Source: a virus
Taxonomy: Duplodnaviria > Caudoviricetes
Length of the DNA stretch: 61,540 nt
Reading direction: 5' to 3' (one strand)
IMG/VR virus record: IMGVR_UViG_3300031379_000001
Location: 1-61,540 of that record
Shown here: piece after piece, positions 50,307-59,781 of the stretch
How the letters are laid out: every line of letters starts with the position of its first letter
Position numbering within the stretch: the stretch's first letter is position 1
The notes under the pieces: generated by a model
The model's input: only the letters and a program-made list of their open reading frames with translations
The model's database searches: none
Told to the model about the DNA's origin: nothing
Made by a program: the position numbers and the translations under genes

Positions 50307-50484
50307 TAATAAGAGCTAAAGACAAAAAACAATTGAAAACAACATATCTAATGAAGAACATTACAATATAAACAAAAAAAATAATTAAAAAGTCTTATTA
50401 TCACTATTATTTCTTAATAATTATATCAAATTTTAATATAATTTACTATTAAAAATCTTAGAAAAATCTTAGAAAAAATCCTAA

Positions 50485-50810
50485 GGAAAACCTCATGGAA
50501 TTCCTAGGGAAAACCTCATGGAATTCCTAGGGAAAACCTCATGGAATTCCTAGGGAAAACCTCAGGGAATTCCTAGGGAAAACCTCAGGGAATTCCTAGG
50601 GAAAACCTCAGGGAATTCCTAGGGAAAACCTCAGGGAATTCCTAGGGAAAACCTCAGGGAATTCCTAGGGAAAACCTCATGGAATTCCTAGGGAAAACCT
50701 CAGGGAATTCCTAGGGAAAACCTCAGGGAATTCCTAGGGAAAACCTCAGGGAATTCCTAGGGAAAACCTCAGGGAAAACCTCAGGGAAAACCTCAGGGAA
50801 ATCCTCAGGG
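50485..50810. repeat. 23-bp tandem array GGAAAACCTCA(T/G)GGAATTCCTAG x12 plus about 4 12-bp half units
   Basis: Full units at 50485-50760; T variant in units 1, 2, 3 and 9. Confidence 0.95.
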
Positions 50811-50878
50811 AAATTTACCTTACCAGTATTTTACATTGTCAATATCTTACATTACCAGTATTTTACATTACCAATATC

Positions 50879-51061
50879 TTACAATTCCATAATATTCCTT
50901 TGTCTAATTTCGTATTGAATTTTATGCATTATGGAATATAATTCCTCATTTGTATATAATGCGATAAATGCATCAATGAAAGTATTGTTATTTTTTTGTT
51001 CCCTCATTAATAGAAGCAATTCAAGTTCTTTTTGTTTCTTTTTAGTTACCTTGTTATCCAT
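50879..51061 (-). CDS. Hypothetical protein
   Basis: AAAGGAG RBS. Confidence 0.55.
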   Translation of the reverse strand: MDNKVTKKKQKELELLLLMREQKNNNTFIDAFIALYTNEELYSIMHKIQYEIRQRNIMEL

Positions 51062-51081
51062 TGTTTTAATTCTCCTTTCAG

Positions 51082-51678
51082 TTAAGAAAACATATCCGTA
51101 AATATTTTTGCCTTTTCTTTTAATTGGTTTAAGTATCCATCATTTAAAATAATATGGTCATAATTTATATCGTTAAATTTATTACTTTGATCTATATCGG
51201 ATAAATCAATATCATTTTGATTTAAATTAGGATTAACAACTAATACCTTTACACATTGCCCGTAATCTTTAAACTCGTTTTCCTCTCTTACATGTATGAA
51301 GTTTAACGTGTTTTCCCTAAGTCTACCATTAACATAATGTATGAAATAATTGGGATTATATTTTTTAATCATTCTTTTTAAATAATATAAAAAGTTTCTA
51401 TACTCTTTAGACTTATCAATACTTGGTGTATCATATTCATAATAAAATACCTGATTAGCTAAAAACCTTAATGAATCAATAGTACTTATATTATTACATA
51501 GTACATATTGAGAGCAATAATCAATAAAAGTATCTTTACCATTATTACATTTACCATTAATAATAATGTTATATGCTTTCTTTAGTGATCTTGGTAAACT
51601 ATTAGAACCATACAATTTACATATATCACACCACCCATCATTATTAATATCATTACCACAACGTTTACAATAATTCAT
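51082..51678 (-). CDS. P-loop nucleotide kinase-like protein (dNMP kinase-like) with N-terminal CxxC pairs
   Basis: IIINGKCNNGKDTF, FIHVRE, YDHIILNDG. Confidence 0.65.
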   Translation of the reverse strand: MNYCKRCGNDINNDGWCDICKLYGSNSLPRSLKKAYNIIINGKCNNGKDTFIDYCSQYVLCNNISTIDSLRFLANQVFYYEYDTPSIDKSKEYRNFLYYLKRMIKKYNPNYFIHYVNGRLRENTLNFIHVREENEFKDYGQCVKVLVVNPNLNQNDIDLSDIDQSNKFNDINYDHIILNDGYLNQLKEKAKIFTDMFS

Positions 51679-51868
51679 TTTGTTATCCTTTCTAACTAAG
51701 TTATAAATATGACTTTAAAAATATCAATGTTAATTTTAACCATATTAATGCATTAATTAAACCCACAATTAATATTATTAATAAAGTTTTCCAATTAGAT
51801 TTAATATTTAATTTCAATCCTTCTAATAGTTCGGATAGCTCTTTTTTATTCATTTATTTATATCCTTT

Positions 51869-52435
51869 CTAACTAATTGTATTTGGTTTGAAATCTATGT
51901 CTATATTAAATATGTTAGGTTTAACCAAACTATTGTTATCATAAATCAAAGTAACACCATTTATTTTTTGTTGGTCCTCATTATAGACATAGTATAATGA
52001 TATCTCTTTAACTATATTAGGTTTTATCTTATGGTCTTTATCATATTGGGTTATATGTTCACTTAATACCTTTTTGTTATCGGTTATACATCTAAATTCA
52101 CCAATGTATGTATTATAGTTACTATTATTTGTTATCTTAATATTTATCCTTAATATCTTATCATTTTCTTTTAATTGCTTATGGTCAATATTGGTTTTAA
52201 AGTTTTCATGAGTATCTAAAACCGTTAAAAATACATCTGGTAAGATTTCTATATTTTCACTAGGTTTATATATAGCCAAGTTATTAAAACTCTTTTTATT
52301 ATCAGTCATTTTATTTTTTTTAATCGGTTCATTTTTAATACTATCACGATAATAATTAACATGATTAGTTATAGACAATATAATAATTATAAATACAAAT
52401 ATTGCAAATATTACTTTTATCTTATTTGTTATCAT
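51869..52435 (-). CDS. Membrane-anchored Ig-like protein (DUF4352-like)
   Basis: N-terminal TM; LRINIKITNNS...IKPN...LYYVY beta pattern. Confidence 0.5.
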   Translation of the reverse strand: MITNKIKVIFAIFVFIIIILSITNHVNYYRDSIKNEPIKKNKMTDNKKSFNNLAIYKPSENIEILPDVFLTVLDTHENFKTNIDHKQLKENDKILRINIKITNNSNYNTYIGEFRCITDNKKVLSEHITQYDKDHKIKPNIVKEISLYYVYNEDQQKINGVTLIYDNNSLVKPNIFNIDIDFKPNTIS

Positions 52436-52763
52436 CTTTAACCACCTTTTTATAATTAAGATTTAATGGTTTTCCTCTGATAGCGGTTATTTTACCGTAT
52501 ATATCTATAAACATGATATCGCGATTTCTCATTTCTCTAATATCTTCTATTTGATATTTGATATCTCTATTAATCATATTGCAATCATTTAATAATTCAT
52601 CTGGTATTATTGCATGTACATATACACCCATGTGTGTCTTAATAATCATTTTAGTAAATTTTACCTGTTTTCCCTTCAATATTATAGTTGTCCCTATATG
52701 TAATGCCATTACTTGTTGAATTGGCATTCTAATAGATGCTATTTTTATAAAATCATCAATCAT
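52422..52763 (-). CDS. Hypothetical protein
   Basis: AAGGAGG RBS. Confidence 0.6.
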   Translation of the reverse strand: MIDDFIKIASIRMPIQQVMALHIGTTIILKGKQVKFTKMIIKTHMGVYVHAIIPDELLNDCNMINRDIKYQIEDIREMRNRDIMFIDIYGKITAIRGKPLNLNYKKVVKDDNK

Positions 52764-52909
52764 TTTTTTTCCTCCTTTTTCGACTCTTTTATTAAATTTG
52801 TCAACATATCGTTGACATAGTTACTCTCAGTTTTCCCAGCCTTTAAGGCTAAAACCTTAATACTTATAATTACATTTTCATCTAAAGAATATAATTTTCT
52901 TTTAGCCAT
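52760..52909 (-). CDS. 49-aa RHH-like protein (below ORF-track cutoff)
   Basis: AAAGGAG RBS; MAKRKLYSLDENVIISIKVLALKAGKTESNYVNDML. Confidence 0.6.
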   Translation of the reverse strand: MAKRKLYSLDENVIISIKVLALKAGKTESNYVNDMLTNLIKESKKEEKK

Positions 52910-53066
52910 TCCTTGTTATCTCCTTTCAATATGTTACGTTTTATACAATTGTAACATATGTATACATGGATAACAATTAAAAAAACTAACAAATCTAAAT
53001 TTGACAAATCATGATTTTACAAAAAAATAAACCGAATATATTCGGTTTATCTGTGGTTTAAATATA

Positions 53067-53393
53067 TTAAATAGTCTCTAAGTCGTTTATAGTTCTTAAT
53101 GCATTTATTATTTGTTTTCCCTTTTGAAAACTCATTTTGTTTAATTGGATTCTTTTAACTATATTTCTTGCTATTACTTTTAGTGCCTTGTTTAAATCTT
53201 CTTTTTTAATTTTACCAATTAATATATTATGCTCTATAGTCTTAATTTCTTGTGTTAACTTAGAGATATAAAAACCCGCTTGCTTTTTACTAAGTTTTCT
53301 AAGTTTTAAGATATTACTTGACGTTCCATACCTAATATACTTTAGGTTACTTAAGTATACGACTTGCTTTTCAGTTATTAAATAATTACTCAT
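53067..53393 (-). CDS. Basic hypothetical protein
   Basis: Shared AAACTAAAAGGAGACTAAAA leader; TEKQ..YL...LSKKQAG.YI. Confidence 0.7.
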   Translation of the reverse strand: MSNYLITEKQVVYLSNLKYIRYGTSSNILKLRKLSKKQAGFYISKLTQEIKTIEHNILIGKIKKEDLNKALKVIARNIVKRIQLNKMSFQKGKQIINALRTINDLETI

Positions 53394-53445
53394 AATTTTT
53401 TAGTCTCCTTTTAGTTTAATTTAGTTTTAATTTAGTTTCTTACTT

Positions 53446-53793
53446 TTAAAATTTGAATTTAAATTTAATTTCCTTAACCTGAGATTTAATTATTAATTTG
53501 TCATAATTGTTATATTCATCTACAATTAATATAATAATTTTCCTAGATTCCATTATTATTCCAGTTACCCACCTTTTAACCTTGTTACTATATCTAAAAG
53601 TCTCTAGTTTTTGAATTTTACTGTTATACTTTTGTAACAATGGTTTATGGCTAAATTTTACCTTGATACAATGATTTAATATTAAGGTCTTATCTTTTAT
53701 ATCTGTTATTTCTTTATCAACAATATAGCTTAAATCATACAATCTATTGTTATCATGTATTCTTTTGTAATCTTCTAATTTTAACCCATTCAA
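53446..53793 (-). CDS. Hypothetical protein
   Basis: GGAGGGG RBS, TTG start; promoter at 53857-53885. Confidence 0.6.
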   Translation of the reverse strand: MNGLKLEDYKRIHDNNRLYDLSYIVDKEITDIKDKTLILNHCIKVKFSHKPLLQKYNSKIQKLETFRYSNKVKRWVTGIIMESRKIIILIVDEYNNYDKLIIKSQVKEIKFKFKF

Positions 53794-54015
53794 CCTTTTT
53801 CCCCTCCGATCGGTAAGAATTTTTATATCGTTAATTTAATTATTTACTATATGATTATATTATCATACGTGTACATCTGTGTCAATTGTATTATTGAAAC
53901 TTAATAATTTTTTTGATATAATTGCATTGGTTATGATGTTTAGTTTTAAATTAATGTTTACCAATGTACATTTAAACATTGTAGATTCAAAAGAGGGTTT
54001 ATATAAACCCTCTTA

Positions 54016-55389
54016 TTAACTTAGTTTAGATAGTTTATATTCTAAGTAATCATGGTATAATTGTAAGTTATTATATATTTGTTTTACTTCTTCTTTATTA
54101 GTGAACATAATAGTATTAAAATATTTAAAAAGAAATTGACTTTCTTTTTGTTTTCTTAGATATACTCTAAATTTAAATGTTTCTGTTTTATCTTCTTTAT
54201 CTATATTATTACTTATCATTAATATATTAATAATTTCATCTTTAACCTTTTTAATTGATTCCTCTAATTTATTGATTTTTATAAATAAATTTAATATATC
54301 CTCAATATTACAATAGTCTCTATATGTTAATCTTGAGCTATCAATTAAAACATTTATATCATTATGTCTTAATTCATTATTTACTATATTGAATCTATTA
54401 TAGTAATCTGTCTCAGTTTCTAATGGTATATAGAAAGTTTTACCATGTATATTATTGTCTCTTAATAATCTTGATAGCCTTAATGTTATACTTTCTTTAA
54501 CATCTAAAGAATTTGAAATATTTAAATTTATCTCTTCTTTAACCCTATTATCCATAGTTTTTTTAGTCTCCTTTTCAGTAGCTTTTTTTTCTTCTTTCTT
54601 AACCTTTCCATCCCTACCATATGAAACTATTGGCAGTAATAAACATACTGGGTTATTATCAATTAAAATACTTAATCCCATATTACCCTTAATATCTATT
54701 AATTGGATAGTATAATTAAAGTTATCATACAGCTTTAACATATTTACATATAAAGTTTTATAATTGATTTTTTCGCCATCATATTCAATATACTTAGTAC
54801 CTTTAGAGTCTAACCTAGTACCATCATCAACAAAGGTTAATTCATTTTTGTCATATGTTGCTATGATACCATTAGAATTTTTTAATATGAACTCTGAAAA
54901 ATCAACTTTTTCCATTGGATGGTTTTTACTTTGTTTAACATATTTACATAATTCTTTAGGTATCTCATAGAATCCGCAACAATCACTTACATATCTATGT
55001 TTAATAAGTCCATTCTTGATAGTATCATTCTTGTTTAATGTACTATCAATATAATGATTAACTAGTCTTAAGTTTGATTTTAATTGATTACTGATACCTG
55101 TATTGTCTAGGTCTTTAGTAGATTTTACGGCGTTTTCCATAGCTTGAATACTTTTTTTCATTGATTCAATTGACGAATAATTCCAAAACTTTTTATTATT
55201 GTTATCAATTATAAAATTTAAAGGACTTATTTTATTTATATTTGTATATTTTTCTGTCACTTCTACCGATCTTTTGTCAAGCTGACTAAATAACTCATAT
55301 CCCCAAGACCTACCATTCTTATAAATACATACCGTATTATTACAACGCAATTCATACCTTACATATTTTGATAATTTAATAATATTCAT
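54016..55389 (-). CDS. Hypothetical protein (457 aa)
   Basis: Own promoter at 55441-55469 and shared leader. Confidence 0.75.
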   Translation of the reverse strand: MNIIKLSKYVRYELRCNNTVCIYKNGRSWGYELFSQLDKRSVEVTEKYTNINKISPLNFIIDNNNKKFWNYSSIESMKKSIQAMENAVKSTKDLDNTGISNQLKSNLRLVNHYIDSTLNKNDTIKNGLIKHRYVSDCCGFYEIPKELCKYVKQSKNHPMEKVDFSEFILKNSNGIIATYDKNELTFVDDGTRLDSKGTKYIEYDGEKINYKTLYVNMLKLYDNFNYTIQLIDIKGNMGLSILIDNNPVCLLLPIVSYGRDGKVKKEEKKATEKETKKTMDNRVKEEINLNISNSLDVKESITLRLSRLLRDNNIHGKTFYIPLETETDYYNRFNIVNNELRHNDINVLIDSSRLTYRDYCNIEDILNLFIKINKLEESIKKVKDEIINILMISNNIDKEDKTETFKFRVYLRKQKESQFLFKYFNTIMFTNKEEVKQIYNNLQLYHDYLEYKLSKLS

Positions 55390-55603
55390 AATTTTTTAAT
55401 CTCCTTTTTGTTTAGTTTATTTAATTTATCTTATGTATATATATTATCACCTATTAACATTGATGTCAATAGATTTTATATTACAGATAAATTACATGTG
55501 GTACAATTAAAAATAATATTGTTACTTCTATGATTTTGATTTTTAATTGTTTATTCATGGTTAACTAGGTTTATTTAGTTAACCATAGTAAGCAATTAAA
55601 AAA

Positions 55604-55882
55604 CTAATAGTTATATTTAAGAATTTTATATAAATGTCTGGTAACTGGTATAAACTTAATTTGTTTTAGTTCTTCTATATCAAACCTATTTAAAAATCTG
55701 TTATCATATAAACTATCATAACTAACATTTATCTGGATTAACTCAATATCTACAATATCATTATAATTATTAATGCTGGTATGGAGTTTATTAAATTGTT
55801 CTAAATATTCGTTATGGTCTATAGTTATACCTCTATTTAATGTTAACCCTTGTTTGTTCTTGATTTCTAATAAATACATCAT
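55604..55882 (-). CDS. Hypothetical protein
   Basis: AAAAGGAGATTAA leader. Confidence 0.65.
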   Translation of the reverse strand: MMYLLEIKNKQGLTLNRGITIDHNEYLEQFNKLHTSINNYNDIVDIELIQINVSYDSLYDNRFLNRFDIEELKQIKFIPVTRHLYKILKYNY

Positions 55883-56011
55883 AATATATTAATCTCCTTT
55901 TTTATTTGGTATAATTTAGTTGTTGTTTATTTGAAAAAAATCCTTTATACTAGTTAGAATTATTAGTGAATTATGATTAAGTTAATCATAATTCACTAAC
56001 TTAATTCGACA

Positions 56012-56728
56012 TTAATAAGTATTAAGTAAGTTTTGTAATGGTTCTCCACTAATATAAAACATTTCCCTTTTATATTTGAATCCGTCTACCTTTGTCAAAT
56101 CATACCTAGATAATGCCATTGTATACAAGTCTTCTAATTTTGACTTTGTTCCATCTGTTTTAATTATCCATACTGATTTTTTATTTTGAAACCATTTTAA
56201 AATCTGTATTAATTCCTTGTAATCCTCTGGTACTGTACCTATATCATACTGATACATGATTAACATGTTTCTAAGATCGTTATTTGGAATCAATGTATAT
56301 ATAAGTGGACGATTAAAACCACCATTTATTAAATCATACTCAATATGACTTTTAGTATCATAATTGCTTTTATTCCAATCGTATACAATAATTATACCTT
56401 CTAGTATTTTCTCATAGCTTATATTAATATTAACGTCCTCTATTGCCTTACTTGGAGTTTTAGGTATAGAATAGAATCTATTGTTATAATTGTTTTCAGT
56501 TTTGATATTAGTGTTTTTGTTAGATTCGAAATAATTTGATAATTCATTATCTAATTGAATTGATATTCTTTGTTCTATATACCTTCTAAAGTCTTGCATT
56601 TTATTAGCAGTATACCCAATAGCATACTTAATGTTATCAATGTTAATTGCTTCTATCTCTAATTTTCCGTCATGTGATACCTTATTGCTTAATTCTACTC
56701 TTATTCTATTTGATAATTTAATATTCAT
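56012..56728 (-). CDS. Hypothetical protein (start MNIKLSNR)
   Basis: AAAAGGAGATTAAAAGTT-ATG; N-terminus resembles that of 54016-55389 (MNIIKLSKYVRYEL). Confidence 0.7.
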   Translation of the reverse strand: MNIKLSNRIRVELSNKVSHDGKLEIEAINIDNIKYAIGYTANKMQDFRRYIEQRISIQLDNELSNYFESNKNTNIKTENNYNNRFYSIPKTPSKAIEDVNINISYEKILEGIIIVYDWNKSNYDTKSHIEYDLINGGFNRPLIYTLIPNNDLRNMLIMYQYDIGTVPEDYKELIQILKWFQNKKSVWIIKTDGTKSKLEDLYTMALSRYDLTKVDGFKYKREMFYISGEPLQNLLNTY

Positions 56729-56794
56729 AACTTTTAATCTCCTTTTAGTTGCTATGGTTAACATAAGTTAACCATAGACTTATTTTTTTTTTAT

Positions 56795-56938
56795 TTATTT
56801 TTCATACTCTGAAATATTTGTATATCCCATGCTTAACCATAGTTTTCTTATTTCCTCATACTCTTTTTTACTTTTGTAAACTGAATATGCTTTTTTACCT
56901 GTATTACTTATACCTGTTATTGATTTCTTGTTATCCAA
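56795..56938 (-). CDS. 47-aa hypothetical protein
   Basis: AAGGAGG RBS, TTG start MDNKKSITG... Confidence 0.55.
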   Translation of the reverse strand: MDNKKSITGISNTGKKAYSVYKSKKEYEEIRKLWLSMGYTNISEYEK

Positions 56939-56957
56939 TTAATAAAACCTCCTTATA

Positions 56958-57551
56958 TTATAATCGACAAAGTATTTCGTACCATTGATCTATGATACTA
57001 ATATTATTATTAATTTCTAAGTGTCCTAATAAATCAAAATTAGTTTCATCTTCACCATATAGAAAAACATAGGGCGATTGTATTCCATTGATGCAATATT
57101 TCACAAATGCATCAAATGGTAATGGATTGACAACTAATTTATCGTAAACATATGTATTCTCAATTTTTTCTACCTCTTTTTTTATCTCTTCATACTTAGC
57201 TAAATATGAAGAATATTTATTATTATTTATAAATCTTTCATTTCTTTCTAGAAGATATGTTATTATTTGTTCTCTGTATAAATGCTTTTTATACATTTTT
57301 GGCAATAATATAAATGTTTTTACTAATTTGTTACCTATGAAACTTGTTACCGCAAATTTTACCTTGTTTGTATCTAATCTTATACTTATTAAATCGTCTT
57401 TATCTTGTGCTATCTTATATGTACATTCGTTACTATTTGCCTTGTAGTTTCTATTAGTAACAAATGTTTTTTCTTGGATAATATCCTCTGTATTAAACAA
57501 ATAACCACCATAATTTTTTACCTCTTTTAATAATTTAGCAAATTTATTCAT
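56958..57551 (-). CDS. Hypothetical protein
   Basis: Own promoter at 57605-57633 and shared leader. Confidence 0.7.
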   Translation of the reverse strand: MNKFAKLLKEVKNYGGYLFNTEDIIQEKTFVTNRNYKANSNECTYKIAQDKDDLISIRLDTNKVKFAVTSFIGNKLVKTFILLPKMYKKHLYREQIITYLLERNERFINNNKYSSYLAKYEEIKKEVEKIENTYVYDKLVVNPLPFDAFVKYCINGIQSPYVFLYGEDETNFDLLGHLEINNNISIIDQWYEILCRL

Positions 57552-57777
57552 AATCTTTTAATCTCCTTTTTTTTATTATTTAATTTAATTTATCTTATGT
57601 ATATATATTATCATCTGTTAACATGTATGTCAATAAGTTTTTGAAATTTTTTTCTGATTTTTTAATAAAATTTTTTATGTTATAATTTATACAAGGTTAT
57701 TAATTTTTTTACTCATTAGATATTATTTGTTTAATTGCTAGGTGGCTATTATGCCACCTTAACAATTAAAATAAAGG

Positions 57778-57906
57778 TTATTTACTTAATTCAACTATCC
57801 ATGTATTACCACAATTACGACATGTATAATATATCTTACCGTCTTTAATTGTGCCTTTAACATTTTTACTATTGCATTTTGGGCAACTATTTATTTTTTC
57901 TGCCAT
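57778..57906 (-). CDS. 42-aa zinc-ribbon protein
   Basis: AAAGGAGGTG RBS; MAEKINSCPKCNSKNV...YYTCRNCGNTWIVELSK. Confidence 0.7.
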   Translation of the reverse strand: MAEKINSCPKCNSKNVKGTIKDGKIYYTCRNCGNTWIVELSK

Positions 57907-57950
57907 AGGATTTCACCTCCTTTCAATTAAAACAATAATATTTATAATTG

Positions 57951-58547
57951 TTAGGCTGATATTTTAATAAAATTCTTTTTTGGTTTCCTAGTTTTCTTTT
58001 TGCTCTTAGTGCTGTCATATATTGTCTTTTCACCATATTTATTAACTATCTCTTTTTTACTTCTTCCTCTTCTACCGTCTTTTTTAAAATTCTTACTATC
58101 TGGTAAAAACCATTCTTTTTTACCACTGGAATAAAAGAAACCTAATTGTTTTAATTGTTCTCTTATCTGGTAAGTATCGCCAGATATCCACATGTAGACA
58201 CCTCGCATTACTATTTTTATATTCTCTTTCTTTAATAAATCTATTATTGCCTGTTTGAATTTATCGTCTTTTAAATCATCTTCCTTGATATTGTCTTTAT
58301 CAAAAGAACTATTATACTTTTTAGCGTTCTCTTCCATATGAGATACTTTAAGTATCTTATAATAACTATCATAATCATTTGACATTTCCTTAAAATAGAT
58401 ATCTGATAAACCATGATTGACATCTGGATGTAATAACTTGGAAAATCTTTTAAATGCATTTTTTAATTCGCTCAAGTCCTTACAATTAGAAAAGAATTCT
58501 AAATTTAAAACACCTTTTTCTTTTAATACTACCTCATACTTTTTCAT
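57951..58547 (-). CDS. J-domain (HPD) protein
   Basis: ELKNAFKRFSKLLHPD...FKEMSNDY; C-terminal WISGDTY...LKQLGF...W domain. Confidence 0.75.
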   Translation of the reverse strand: MKKYEVVLKEKGVLNLEFFSNCKDLSELKNAFKRFSKLLHPDVNHGLSDIYFKEMSNDYDSYYKILKVSHMEENAKKYNSSFDKDNIKEDDLKDDKFKQAIIDLLKKENIKIVMRGVYMWISGDTYQIREQLKQLGFFYSSGKKEWFLPDSKNFKKDGRRGRSKKEIVNKYGEKTIYDSTKSKKKTRKPKKNFIKISA

Positions 58548-58658
58548 GTTTTTAGTCTCCTTTTTGTTTAATTTAGTTTAATTTAGTTTGTGTTAACTTA
58601 TGATAATATCTTATCATGTATTAACATTTATATCAATGTGTTTTATGTTACACTTTTG

Positions 58659-58769
58659 TTACCTAGTATACACTGGTAAATTATATTTAAATAAGTCCTC
58701 ATTTTTTACATTGTATCTCTTTTCAATCTCTGCTTTACGATTAAAAAAATTTCTTATTTTTTTTAACAT
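58659..58769 (-). CDS. 36-aa peptide
   Basis: Shared AAAAAGGAGACTAAAAGATT-ATG leader. Confidence 0.55.
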   Translation of the reverse strand: MLKKIRNFFNRKAEIEKRYNVKNEDLFKYNLPVYTR

Positions 58770-58843
58770 AATCTTTTAGTCTCCTTTTTGTTTTAATTTA
58801 GTTGCTATGGGTAACTTAGTTACCCATAGTATTTATACCGTTT

Positions 58844-59119
58844 TTATCCTCTAGTTTCCACTAGTATATTGCTTATACCTTTATTTTCATCTATTACGCA
58901 ATCTATAACCTTACTAGGTGTTTTTGAGTTCTTATAAATGTCTATGTTTATAAAATCTCTTAAATATTTTTTTGTTGTTCTCCAATCTCTCTTATACACT
59001 GTTATTCCGTGTATCTCTTGATTTAAATAAACCTTACCACATTTATAAACCTTAACCACCCATGTTTTACTTAAATTATACTTATCCTTCATTCTTATTA
59101 TTATCATTTTATTATTCAT
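58844..59119 (-). CDS. Basic hypothetical protein
   Basis: Own promoter at 59171-59199 and shared leader. Confidence 0.7.
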   Translation of the reverse strand: MNNKMIIIRMKDKYNLSKTWVVKVYKCGKVYLNQEIHGITVYKRDWRTTKKYLRDFINIDIYKNSKTPSKVIDCVIDENKGISNILVETRG

Positions 59120-59208
59120 ATCTTTTAATCTCCTTTTTGTTTAATTTGTTTTGTGTTAACTTATGTTAATATGTTATCATGTATTAACATCTATGTCAAT
59201 ACTTTTTT

Positions 59209-59304
59209 CTATTTTTTATTTTCGTTCTCTTTCTTACTATTGTCTACAACTGGAAAAAACTTTTCACCTTGTTTTTTCCTGTTTTCTATTATTCTTTTTA
59301 GCAT
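59209..59304 (-). CDS. 31-aa peptide
   Basis: AAAGGAGG RBS; promoter at 59357-59385. Confidence 0.5.
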   Translation of the reverse strand: MLKRIIENRKKQGEKFFPVVDNSKKENENKK

Positions 59305-59537
59305 AATATTTTCGCCTCCTTTTTTTAAATGTTAATGTATTGTTTACTATGTATACATATTATCATTAGTATTAACACATGTCAACACATATTAACATAT
59401 GTAATCTTATTGTAATATATGTTAATTAGTTACTATGTGTTACCAGTTAAAACAAAAGGCTTTAACGATTAAAAAAAAGAAAAGATCAAAACCGATTAAA
59501 AAAATAGAACGATTTTTAAAAATATTTGGTGTTCTTT

Positions 59538-59603
59538 TTGAAACCCTGTGATATCAAGGGTTTCAAGATGTGAATATAAAGCCATTGAAACCCTGTGATA
59601 TCA
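59538..59603. repeat. Inverted repeat TTGAAACCCT-GTGATATCA-AGGGTTTCAA plus a direct partial copy
   Basis: 59538-59566 and 59585-59603. Confidence 0.85.
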
Positions 59604-59781
59604 GTAGTTTTAATGGTATTATATTTATATCATTAATTTATAGCAATTCTATTTTTCAATTTTGAATAATGATAAGATAACTTTAAATAAAATAGCTAGA
59701 AATGAGTGATATATTTTACCTCTGTGTAACATCTGATAGCTGGCGTTATACCTTTGTAATTTTTATTGATTATATGTAAGT

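Noticed and set aside
50485-50810. CRISPR array
   Set aside because: Units are contiguous with no unique spacers; no cas genes recognised
54016-55389. Sliding-clamp-like domain (ends ...PVCLLLPI)
   Set aside because: Only a short resemblance; cannot be supported without a profile search
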